Positions 38,568 through 46,918 of a stretch of DNA of 64,000 nt are shown in pieces. Every line of letters begins with the position of its first letter. Position 1 is the first letter of the stretch. Below the pieces are notes generated by a model. The model made no database searches, was not told where the DNA came from, and was given only the letters and a program-made list of their open reading frames with translations. The position numbers and the translations under genes were made by a program. Origin of the DNA: a virus; the IMG/VR virus record IMGVR_UViG_3300009008_000005, positions 1-64,000 of that record, one strand, 5' to 3'.

Positions 38568-39913
38568 GGCCGCCCCATCCTTGGAGGCTTCGGGACCCGG
38601 GTCTTCATGGGCTTAGGCATACCTCGCATCGTATTCCTACGCTGTCCACCTGCTCTGTGCTGACCGATTTGTGTCATTCGACCGGGCTTCGCCAACCCTC
38701 CACGACCTGCGCCTCCGTAAGGGTTGACGTTGCCCTTAGTGTAGCCCGAGAAGTGCAACTTCTTAGGTCCACGCTGGCTTATAGGTAGCGCTGACCTACG
38801 CTTAGCCGCTGCTCCGGCTGCAGCCGCTGACTGCTGGTAGGAAGGTACCTTAGGTTTACTCCTAGGCGACGGGACACGAGGCTTCTTATCATAAACATCT
38901 GCAGAAGCTACAGGCTTACGTGTATCCGTATCTCTGTGCGGACCGAAGGGCTTGTTCGTCTTAGGATCAACCTGCTGGAACGTGGTCTTTGACGTGGTAT
39001 ATTTACCCTTCCACTTAGAACCTTTGGGAGCTTCACCGGGCAGACGCCCAGGATCTGGCTTCGCAGGCAGGCCTCTACCTGTCCTGAACTTTTCAAGCCT
39101 TTTCTGACGAGCACCTGGATATAACTTATCTTCGGCCGTCCCTGCTCGGCCCAGATTCACCCTCATACCTTTGAGGGGGTCCATACCAGTCTTGCCAGTG
39201 ACCGCCAGCCCCTTGTCCATAGTGGCCAAGAATTTCTGGTCCATGGGATCCTTGCTACGCTTCATGAGAGCTGCGCCATGCGCCCTGAAGTCCGCCATGA
39301 ACTTAGCTGGATCTTCTCCCTTATCGATAGCTCCTTGGACCTGAGTCAGTAGGGTGTCTCTAGTTAGTGCCTTATCCGGATTCTTCGCATCCAGCTGCCA
39401 CTGCGCACCTACGCCCGTACCTGTCTCAAAACCCGGCTTCTGGTAGAACCTGGAGTTAGGATCCTTTCTCGCCGCCTCCAGAGGGGAAGGACTGGTCCCA
39501 GAACCACGGAGTACATGTTGCGGTGCTTCTGCTTGTGGTGCGGGTGCAGCAGGCTGCTGGGCATTACCGTCTGGCCACTGGTCATTACCTTCTGGCCAAT
39601 TCTCAAAGAACCTCGGAATCTTCGCTGGTTCCGTCGGAGCAGGAGCCGCTGCTGGGGTTACTTCGGGAGAGGGAGGTCCTCCTTGCCAGCCACCCGTAGG
39701 TCCTGTAGGTGGAGGAGCCGGTACCTGGGTCATGCCTGTAGTCGTGCCACTCAGGTTCTCCTGGGCCTGTGCCCCAGCAGGTTGACCTGCACCCGGGAAC
39801 CAATTCCTAACCCTCGCCATTCCTGCCCGGGCTCTTTCAACAGCAGCTTGTGCGTCCTGGAGCGCTGGAGGCTGGAACGAGGCTGTGAAGCCCTGGGCTA
39901 TCTTCTTTCTCAT
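38564..39913 (-). CDS. Pro/Gln/Lys-rich, mostly disordered basic protein
   Basis: 449 aa; ATGA overlaps at both ends; N-terminal KKIAQ. Confidence 0.7.
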   Translation of the reverse strand: MRKKIAQGFTASFQPPALQDAQAAVERARAGMARVRNWFPGAGQPAGAQAQENLSGTTTGMTQVPAPPPTGPTGGWQGGPPSPEVTPAAAPAPTEPAKIPRFFENWPEGNDQWPDGNAQQPAAPAPQAEAPQHVLRGSGTSPSPLEAARKDPNSRFYQKPGFETGTGVGAQWQLDAKNPDKALTRDTLLTQVQGAIDKGEDPAKFMADFRAHGAALMKRSKDPMDQKFLATMDKGLAVTGKTGMDPLKGMRVNLGRAGTAEDKLYPGARQKRLEKFRTGRGLPAKPDPGRLPGEAPKGSKWKGKYTTSKTTFQQVDPKTNKPFGPHRDTDTRKPVASADVYDKKPRVPSPRSKPKVPSYQQSAAAAGAAAKRRSALPISQRGPKKLHFSGYTKGNVNPYGGAGRGGLAKPGRMTQIGQHRAGGQRRNTMRGMPKPMKTRVPKPPRMGRP

Positions 39914-41451
39914 GGGAGGTCACTCCTATTCGCATCGACGGTAGCTATGCGGAGAATTCCAAAGGTGTCGTCTGTGTCCAGGTCCAGGGTGGCGAACAAG
40001 TCGAAGGTGGCTGCGTCGGGCGTCGTAAACGTCCTACGAATAGAAGTCCCCTCGATTGCAACGACGATCTCTACCTCTCGCAGAAGCTCTACCTCCAGGA
40101 AACCACGAGCATCAGAGGTGGCCAGGATATTCCTGCCCATGACGCCCAGGGTATCCCCAGAGGATCCTGTAACCGTGAACGGGGTGAAGTTATTGGAGAT
40201 GCAAAGGGTGACACTCTGGATGGGTTGACCTCGTAGGTCTACGAAACGGGCTGACATTGTGGTCAACTGCTCGTCGGTTACGTACTCCTCTACGTCGAAC
40301 TGCGGAACGACTACACCTGTGACGAGGGTGTAGGAGTTCGTGAATAGGGAGCTACCTTCGTCCTCAACGCCGACCCGGAAGTTGTTGTATGTGAAGACCT
40401 CGGTCCCCCGCCGAAGGGTTACCACATAGTCACCGGGGGCTAGAGGGACGCTGAAAGCTCCTGTGATATCTGTGATCTCCTGGGTTACGAACTCACCCGT
40501 GGACTTCACCACAGAGGCCGTAACTCCGACGAAGGGACTTGTGTCCGCATCATCATCTACGACTACGAAGGTCGCAATGGGCTGGTCATAAGGCTCGTAG
40601 ACCCAGATGTCCTCAAGGGGACCTACAGCACCAACGCTGGAGCTGTACCAGAACAGAAGATAGTTCCCTTCAGCTAGCTTGATCGGGTACGTAGTCTGGA
40701 AGAAGCCCTCATCATCCGATACGGCTGCGGGAGAGTCCAGGACTGCCGGTGTATAAGTTCCAGCGGTCAGGAAGAGTGTAGCCAGGTCTGCGCCAACCAG
40801 GACGATCTGGCTACCCTCAGAGCTAGAATCTGAGTAGAACTTGATGGCCCCGCCTGCATTCACAGCCCTGCCGTCGATGATGGACAGGTTGATGGACTCC
40901 ACCACTTCGAACAGGTTTGCGTGTACGCCAGCAGCGATATTTACAGCCTGCGCAGCGCCTCCGTCGAAAGCCACGGTGAATGCTACGGGAACCGCTATAG
41001 GGAACACTACGGGAGCGGTTCCTGTCACCTCTGCCCTTGTGGGAGGCACCACACATTCCGTTACTACTGCGCCGTCTTGGTCAAGGATGTAGAGGAAATT
41101 GATAGCGTCCGCAGGCTCTGAGCCCAGAGCTATGTAACCTGGGATCTCAGGCTGAAGTTCTGCCTGAGGGGTAGCCTCTACCACAATCTCGTCGGTGCTA
41201 ACGACCACAGCGGTATCATCATCATACCAGTGTCCATAGTAGGTCCCAACCTCATCGAATGTGTAGGCCTCATCGGTCTGGTACAGGACTCCAATAGCTG
41301 CAGGGACTGCTAGAGGGTTCACGTCGATGGTGTCGAGGAGAGTTCCCTCATCATCATACAGACGGAACTCTACAGGCCCTACGAGTACGCCAATGTTGGC
41401 TGTAAAAAGCTTAGCCTCGTCCAGCTTCACTCTGTATGCAGTATCGCTCAT
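39910..41451 (-). CDS. Beta-rich virion protein with carboxypeptidase-regulatory-like domain
   Basis: 513 aa; acidic, beta-rich; C-terminal half resembles the 309-aa protein. Confidence 0.65.
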   Translation of the reverse strand: MSDTAYRVKLDEAKLFTANIGVLVGPVEFRLYDDEGTLLDTIDVNPLAVPAAIGVLYQTDEAYTFDEVGTYYGHWYDDDTAVVVSTDEIVVEATPQAELQPEIPGYIALGSEPADAINFLYILDQDGAVVTECVVPPTRAEVTGTAPVVFPIAVPVAFTVAFDGGAAQAVNIAAGVHANLFEVVESINLSIIDGRAVNAGGAIKFYSDSSSEGSQIVLVGADLATLFLTAGTYTPAVLDSPAAVSDDEGFFQTTYPIKLAEGNYLLFWYSSSVGAVGPLEDIWVYEPYDQPIATFVVVDDDADTSPFVGVTASVVKSTGEFVTQEITDITGAFSVPLAPGDYVVTLRRGTEVFTYNNFRVGVEDEGSSLFTNSYTLVTGVVVPQFDVEEYVTDEQLTTMSARFVDLRGQPIQSVTLCISNNFTPFTVTGSSGDTLGVMGRNILATSDARGFLEVELLREVEIVVAIEGTSIRRTFTTPDAATFDLFATLDLDTDDTFGILRIATVDANRSDLP

Positions 41452-41452
41452 A

Positions 41453-41653
41453 TCAATCCTCTTCCAGGAAGACGGACAGGTCGGAGTCGATGTGATTCTC
41501 CATGTTAGGGAGCAGCGTATTCATCGAACCTACTGCGCCCTTGAGCTTCAACTCCTTCAAGAAATCCCGCTCTCTGGTGGCCTTCTCTTCCTCTACATCC
41601 AACCACTCGTCCAGGATGTCTCGTAGCTCCTCAAGCTTTTCCTTAGTTGCCAC
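41453..41653 (-). CDS. Small helical hypothetical protein
   Basis: 66 aa; coupled to the sigma gene. Confidence 0.6.
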   Translation of the reverse strand: MATKEKLEELRDILDEWLDVEEEKATRERDFLKELKLKGAVGSMNTLLPNMENHIDSDLSVFLEED

Positions 41654-42491
41654 TAGCTATACCTGCCCGCTTCAAATGCTCGCCTAGCTGTGAGGCTACG
41701 TTCTTCCTGATACGGTAGATCTTATGGGTAGTCATGCCCGTCTTCTTTGAGATCACCTTCACGTCCGTAGTCCTGGGTCTCCCTAGGCCTGTTAGGTAAC
41801 GGTATACCTCCTGCTCGTCCTCCTTCAGCTCGTACAGAAACAGCTTCATGATCTCCATCTCCTTAGGAGGAGAGACCGCTGTAGGATCAGATTCAAACTG
41901 AGATGTGGTGAGGTCCTTCCGAAGCTCTGTGCGAAGGAGTGTTACCTGCTTCACTGGCCACTTCAAACCATGAGCCAGTTCCCCATCCGTGGGTAGCCGA
42001 CCCAGCTTATCTGTGAGGCGCTGCCTCTTCATCTCGTAGGTGCGGATCTTGTCGATCCTCTCCTCCGGGATGCGGGCTGCATTCTGGTAGGTCTTGATGT
42101 ACCTTCCTGTCTTCCGCATATACCACGTAGCGAAGGTGGACAGACTCGCACCCTTTGCTGGATCGTAACGCTTCAAGCCCTCGATCAGATGCTTGGTGAA
42201 CTCTGTCCGTATCGCCTCTGGAGGAAGCTGTACGTTCCCGATGTACTCGTTGGCTGCTCTGTTGATAAGTGGTTGGAAGGACTCGACCAGGGGTCGCATG
42301 TCTTCAGGGCGCTCTCCGCTAGTCTTCCACTTGAGCCAGAGAGCCATCTCCCTCTGGCGGCTCTTCTGTAGCGGGGCCTTTTCGGGCTTCTTCTCCTCTA
42401 CATCTTCGGTACGAGTATGGCCCTTGACCAGGACCTTCTTCCCGTCCTCCGTACGATAGTACGGCTTTACTGGAACCTTACGAGTAGCCAT
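41643..42491 (-). CDS. RNA polymerase sigma-70-family factor with a basic N-terminal tag
   Basis: Region 2 LIEGLKRYDPAKGASLSTFATWY; region 3 LGRLPTDGELAHGL; region 4 HTH. Confidence 0.9.
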   Translation of the reverse strand: MATRKVPVKPYYRTEDGKKVLVKGHTRTEDVEEKKPEKAPLQKSRQREMALWLKWKTSGERPEDMRPLVESFQPLINRAANEYIGNVQLPPEAIRTEFTKHLIEGLKRYDPAKGASLSTFATWYMRKTGRYIKTYQNAARIPEERIDKIRTYEMKRQRLTDKLGRLPTDGELAHGLKWPVKQVTLLRTELRKDLTTSQFESDPTAVSPPKEMEIMKLFLYELKEDEQEVYRYLTGLGRPRTTDVKVISKKTGMTTHKIYRIRKNVASQLGEHLKRAGIASGN

Positions 42492-42493
42492 AT

Positions 42494-42961
42494 CTAGGCC
42501 CCCGGAATCTTCAGCTTGCGAAGACCTGAGTATATGCCATAGCGGAAGCCTGCTGTCTTCTCCATGTTCTCGAAGATCCCGTGCTTGACGGGGTTCTTGA
42601 ACCCCATCTTGTTTCCGAGCTTCCTGCTGCCTTTATTCGTGTGGACGTACTGCCACTTCCAGCGCTTCACTTCAGGGTGCTTCTTCATAAGGAAGGAAAC
42701 GGCTTTCTCACCAAGACCCTGCCTACGGTATTTCGGCGAAATACCTACGCCAACGAAAGCGGATTTGCTGGAATAAACCTTCTGCTTCTTGTAAGGCCTC
42801 GTAAGCTCTACGAAGCCCATCCACTTCCCTCCATCATATAACCCGTAACCCGTCCGGGCACCTTTAGGTGGGGCTGGGATCGTACCATGACCTGGGAAGT
42901 TTCCTGACTTTACCTTTAGGGCGGAAGCTTTCTTCCTGTCATAGGGGCCTATGCGAATCAC
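42494..42961 (-). CDS. GNAT-family N-acetyltransferase
   Basis: ISPKYRRQGLG acetyl-CoA motif; NKGSRKLGNKMGF; start moved to GTG 42961 after GGAGG. Confidence 0.8.
   Translation of the reverse strand: MIRIGPYDRKKASALKVKSGNFPGHGTIPAPPKGARTGYGLYDGGKWMGFVELTRPYKKQKVYSSKSAFVGVGISPKYRRQGLGEKAVSFLMKKHPEVKRWKWQYVHTNKGSRKLGNKMGFKNPVKHGIFENMEKTAGFRYGIYSGLRKLKIPGA
42728..42744. promoter_or_regulatory. Palindromic site copy 5, GTATTTC-GGC-GAAATAC (intragenic)
   Basis: Perfect 8-bp arms GGTATTTC/GAAATACC inside the GNAT gene. Confidence 0.75.
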
Positions 42962-43076
42962 GTAAAGTCCTCCGTTCTCAGGCTCTATTATGCAAAACAG
43001 TTCAGTGGGTTGTCCACAAAACTCCCAGACTTCCCGGTAGAAGAACTTCGGACCCATCCATACCAAGGAGGAAAGT

Positions 43077-43265
43077 ATGGAAGATTTCAAGATGCCGAAG
43101 AATGGCTTTGTGCTTGTAGTAACGCCGGAAGGTGTACGCACCAGCTGCCGTGGGCACCTGGGGCAGGCATGCAAAAGGAAGCTCCTAGGGAAGCATATTC
43201 CCAACTCCAGGGCCTTCTCCCATGAGGTGTCGAAGCGAGTCGACAACAGGAGCTTCAGGAAGTAG
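43077..43265 (+). CDS. Small basic hypothetical protein
   Basis: 62 aa; strong AAGGAGG RBS. Confidence 0.5.
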   Translation: MEDFKMPKNGFVLVVTPEGVRTSCRGHLGQACKRKLLGKHIPNSRAFSHEVSKRVDNRSFRK

Positions 43266-43320
43266 CCCAGAGGACCTAATGGAGAACCAGGCTGCGGCCT
43301 GGTTTTCTTACCCCCTGAAA

Positions 43321-43391
43321 AGTGCAAAAAACGGCCCACTACCTGAGATAAGAATAGTGAACCCCAACCACGTACTAGGAGGTACATCATG
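43321..43391 (+). promoter_or_regulatory. Promoter/RBS cassette copy A
   Basis: AGTGCAAAAA-N14-GAGATAAGAATAGTGAACCCC...GGAGGTACATCATG. Confidence 0.75.
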
Positions 43392-43784
43392 GGTGACCAG
43401 ACGAAAAAGGCGAAGATCTATGAGGCGAAGCGCTCCTGCCGGATCGACATCCAGCTGCAGAAGGGCATCATGAAGCTGGCCCGCAAGGCGCTCACCGTGG
43501 ACTTCAAGATCTGGCGGGCGTCTCGCAAGGCGCAGCGCAAGGGCGAGATCTTCGAGGCGAAGGGCAAGACCGCCGAGGCGGCGGCTCTGGCGACGGCGAC
43601 CGAGAAGGCCACCGAGGAGATCAAGGCCAAGGTCGACGAGAAGTTCGCTGCGAAGCGGGCGAAGCTCGACGAGAAGGTGGCGAAGGCCCGGGGGAAGATG
43701 GACGAGAAGATCGCCAAGATCATGACCGTCAAGGAGGAGACTCCGGCCCCGACCCTCGTCCCGGACCCCGAGCCCGCCAAGTAG
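43389..43784 (+). CDS. Lys/Ala-rich basic helical protein (histone-like composition)
   Basis: 131 aa; nearly all codons end in G/C; own promoter and terminator. Confidence 0.8.
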   Translation: MGDQTKKAKIYEAKRSCRIDIQLQKGIMKLARKALTVDFKIWRASRKAQRKGEIFEAKGKTAEAAALATATEKATEEIKAKVDEKFAAKRAKLDEKVAKARGKMDEKIAKIMTVKEETPAPTLVPDPEPAK

Positions 43785-43799
43785 AGCGGTTCGACGAGA

Positions 43800-43846
43800 G
43801 ACACGATTGGGACAGGGGGCTGCGGCCCCCGTCCCCGTGTCTTCTT
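43800..43846 (+). terminator. Intrinsic terminator
   Basis: GACACG..GGGAC.GGGGGC-TGCG-GCCCCCGTCCCCGTGTC followed by TTCTT. Confidence 0.75.
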
Positions 43847-43914
43847 AGTGCAAAAACTAGCCAAAAAAAGAGATAAGAATAGTGAACCCCTAGCGTACCT
43901 GGAGGTACATCATG
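43847..43914 (+). promoter_or_regulatory. Promoter/RBS cassette copy B
   Basis: AGTGCAAAAA-N13-GAGATAAGAATAGTGAACCCC...GGAGGTACATCATG. Confidence 0.75.
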
Positions 43915-44388
43915 AAAGAGTCAACGAAAAATTTCTGGAATGGCGTTGGTAGCGTCCTGGGCGGAGCCCTCAGCATGGCAGCTAAGGTCAACCGTGAGGT
44001 CGGTCGGCAGGAAGGGATGCGGACCGTCCGCAACACCCACACCACCGTCCACCACACCACTCCCGTGATCGAGCAGCGCACCGTCATCGTGGGTGGTGGC
44101 CTGGGCTCTGACCTGGCCATGATCATGCAGGCCCGCCAGGACAACATGCGGTCCATCGGCCGGATGTGGGAGGACTCCTGGAGCCACGACTCCGCCCGCC
44201 ACCTGATGCGGGATTCGGCCACCGACCTCAAGGCCCTCCTGCAGAGCCGCCCCGAGTGCAACGCTCTTCTGGCCACCATCAAGGTGCAGGAGATGGATGC
44301 GCTGATCGAGGGTTACGAATCGGCGGGTGGTGACTGGAGCCACGAGAAGCAGTCGCTGCGTCGGTTGTACGAGCGCTGCCACCGGTAG
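43912..44388 (+). CDS. Hypothetical protein
   Basis: 158 aa; very high GC3; same cassette architecture as the preceding gene. Confidence 0.8.
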   Translation: MKESTKNFWNGVGSVLGGALSMAAKVNREVGRQEGMRTVRNTHTTVHHTTPVIEQRTVIVGGGLGSDLAMIMQARQDNMRSIGRMWEDSWSHDSARHLMRDSATDLKALLQSRPECNALLATIKVQEMDALIEGYESAGGDWSHEKQSLRRLYERCHR

Positions 44389-44402
44389 AGAGGGACCCGG
44401 GT

Positions 44403-44442
44403 GGGGAACGGGGGTGGGCGAAAGCCCTTCCCCCTTCCCTTT
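44403..44442. terminator. Intrinsic terminator between convergent genes
   Basis: G-rich arm, GGGC-GAAA-GCCC, then pyrimidine-rich arm ending CCCTTT. Confidence 0.65.
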
Positions 44443-44444
44443 AC

Positions 44445-46913
44445 CTAGATGGCATCCCCAAGGGCTTTGTCCACACCTGTAGTCTTGGCCATAGAACGTA
44501 TGGCACGGACTCTCTTGAATCTCTTTATCCGATCCATGAGGGTCTTCTTGGAGAGGAGGGGCTCCTTCCGTTTCTTTAGAGCTGAGTGCACGAAGGGGAT
44601 AGCCGCTGCGCCTGCGGCTGCGGGGAGCGTGTACTTACGGAGCTTCCGTAGGCCCTTGAGCTTCTTGGCTGCACCTCCAGCCGAAGCGAAGTCGACGACT
44701 TTACCCTTGGACTTTGACTTCAAGGATCTCTTGGCCAGGGCCTCTGCACCGAACTGTGCTCCTGCACCGGCCCCACCGATAGCTGCTCCCGTAGCGAGAT
44801 TTTTCTTGAGTGTTTTCTTCTGCTCGGGAGAGGCCTTACGGACCTTCTTCAGGACCTTCTTACCGCCCTTCACTCCCAGGTAACCACCGTACGAACCTGC
44901 CAGGGCCCCGCCCATGGCTCCAAGGGTGGCTCCGCCCACGGTAGGAATCTTTCCTTTCTTGGCCCTGTTCTCCATTACCTTCAAGGCGGTCAATGCACCT
45001 GCAAGGGAACCACCAGTGGCTCCGAACTGCTCACCAAGAGTCGGGTCTGGGGGGCTGGCGGCTGTCTTCTCTAGTGGGAGAAGGCGTGTGGGTCGCCTAC
45101 GAGACGGGTCAAAGTTGGAGAGGGCCTTATTCGACCAACTTTTGAAAGATGACCGGGGGACCAAAATTTCGTTTACCAAACCATCCCCACCACCGAGAAT
45201 CTTGTTCCTTGGAACATTGAATGAGAGAGTACCGCCCCCGGGACGTTGGCCGTATGGAGCGCTGTGGTGGAAAGCATACCCTTTCTTTGGGTTCGCCTCA
45301 AAGGCGTATAGACCGCCCTGGGCAGCACGAGTTTGTCCAGGAATTACATGCTGGGAAGTAAACCTGGTGCCCGGTGTAGATGTCCCAGCTAAACGCAGGT
45401 CTGAGGCTTCGCCACCAGAGACAACACGGACGGGCTCCTTAGAACGTGAGTACGAGCGAGCACTCGGACTGTAAGGACTACCAACCCCGGTGCCCTCTAA
45501 CTCCGGTACCTTCCCTGTTCTTTTCCACGTCTTGTAGGATTCAAGTCTTTGCTTCAACGGTACATAGGGATCGGATTTTGCGTTGACTCTTCTGGTGCGC
45601 CGAACCAGTTTTTTCAGCTTAGGTAAATCCCTCTCCGCTATTACCTTCTTAGCTTGGTGTTGCGTCATAGGGGACGGGGCAGACTTACGTAGCGTGGAGA
45701 CCAAACTGTCAAATAAGTTGAACGCAGCCCTGGGGGCCTTTGCTAGGGAAGCAATCTTGACCTTCTTCCCACGCTTCCGTCCATCATGGACCCAGCGCCA
45801 GAACTGGCCAATGTTCATCACAGAGTGGTCTTGGTAAAATCCTCGGCTGTTGTACTGCTTTCGGTAGGCTTTGAGCGCAGTCTGGACATCATTGAAGCCC
45901 AGCATGACCTTGTCTTCGTCATACTTTTTGGTCTTGGGGTCTTGCTGATGTACAACCACCACAAGGGGCGAATCTGCATTCTTCCCGACGTAGACGTCGA
46001 GCTTGTCCCCATCCTTGCCTTCCGTACCCCGGATCTCACCATAGTGGTGATGCATGAAGGTCTTCCAAGGTTTTCCATCAGGATCCTTTCCGGAGCGTGA
46101 GGAACCACGCTTGTTCTCAACGTCGATCTTCAGTCCTTGGAAATCTACGTAGCCCTGGAAGGGCCACTTCTTCCTCTTGGCTTTTGGCGGAGCAAGAGGC
46201 ACACGTGAGTTACCGGTGGGGACCTTCACAGCAGAGGACTCCTTCTTGAGGAGATTAGCCTTCAGGTCGCTCACTCCCTTCCCTACGAGTGCGGACCCCC
46301 CAGCAAGACCAGCTATGCCTGCACCGAACCTACCCGGCTTCCTCTTGATGTACTTCGGTAGGCCCTTGGCTAGTTCCTTCACGAGACCAAGGCGCTTACG
46401 ATGCTTCGACTTATGGATGTACTTAGGGTCGATAGTTTCCGTCGTAGTAGCTGCGATGTTCTTCCGGACCGACTTGGGAATATCATTAGGAGGTCTCATG
46501 TCCTGATCAAGCTTGAACTTTTCCCACCGGGAGTCCGGTATCGTAGCCGTTATGACTCTCTTATTTGCGGTGGGGTCAAAAGCCTTGAGCAAAGGGAGTT
46601 TGTCCGTAGATTTCTCCTTTTTGAGCTTTTCCGTCAGTCCAGCGAACATCCTAGCAAGGGTTTTGCTCTTGGTTACGTGGACTTTCCCCTTGCTCCTATC
46701 CTTGAAGTACTCGTCTATTGTGGCCGCTCCTGTACCGCCCTTGGCAGGGCTTAGACCCTCAGACAGGATAGAAGGAATGTTCTTACCATCACCCGTACCA
46801 TGATACACCTTGTGCGCCCCTACCGTACGTCGTAAGGACGACGGTAGGAGAGCCGCTCCTGTACCTAAGGCAACAGCGCTGCCTGGAAGGCCTAAACGAT
46901 CCCTCTCGGCCAT
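44445..46913 (-). CDS. Multidomain (polyvalent) protein: Tpt1/KptA-like ADP-ribosyltransferase domain, inorganic pyrophosphatase-like domain, possible second ART domain, and Gly-rich hydrophobic segments
   Basis: YHGT...SILSEGLSP...VHVT...IDPKYI; FQGLKIDVEN..GS.RSG.D.DGK.W...HYGEIRGT.G.DGD.LDVY.G; VRV...GLYAF...NEILVP. Confidence 0.75.
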   Translation of the reverse strand: MAERDRLGLPGSAVALGTGAALLPSSLRRTVGAHKVYHGTGDGKNIPSILSEGLSPAKGGTGAATIDEYFKDRSKGKVHVTKSKTLARMFAGLTEKLKKEKSTDKLPLLKAFDPTANKRVITATIPDSRWEKFKLDQDMRPPNDIPKSVRKNIAATTTETIDPKYIHKSKHRKRLGLVKELAKGLPKYIKRKPGRFGAGIAGLAGGSALVGKGVSDLKANLLKKESSAVKVPTGNSRVPLAPPKAKRKKWPFQGYVDFQGLKIDVENKRGSSRSGKDPDGKPWKTFMHHHYGEIRGTEGKDGDKLDVYVGKNADSPLVVVVHQQDPKTKKYDEDKVMLGFNDVQTALKAYRKQYNSRGFYQDHSVMNIGQFWRWVHDGRKRGKKVKIASLAKAPRAAFNLFDSLVSTLRKSAPSPMTQHQAKKVIAERDLPKLKKLVRRTRRVNAKSDPYVPLKQRLESYKTWKRTGKVPELEGTGVGSPYSPSARSYSRSKEPVRVVSGGEASDLRLAGTSTPGTRFTSQHVIPGQTRAAQGGLYAFEANPKKGYAFHHSAPYGQRPGGGTLSFNVPRNKILGGGDGLVNEILVPRSSFKSWSNKALSNFDPSRRRPTRLLPLEKTAASPPDPTLGEQFGATGGSLAGALTALKVMENRAKKGKIPTVGGATLGAMGGALAGSYGGYLGVKGGKKVLKKVRKASPEQKKTLKKNLATGAAIGGAGAGAQFGAEALAKRSLKSKSKGKVVDFASAGGAAKKLKGLRKLRKYTLPAAAGAAAIPFVHSALKKRKEPLLSKKTLMDRIKRFKRVRAIRSMAKTTGVDKALGDAI

Positions 46914-46918
46914 GGGGC

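Noticed and set aside
42962-43390. N-terminal 143 codons of the 298-aa ORF
   Set aside because: They overlap a plus-strand gene and promoter cassette and look non-coding; a GGAGG-preceded GTG at 42961 is the better start.
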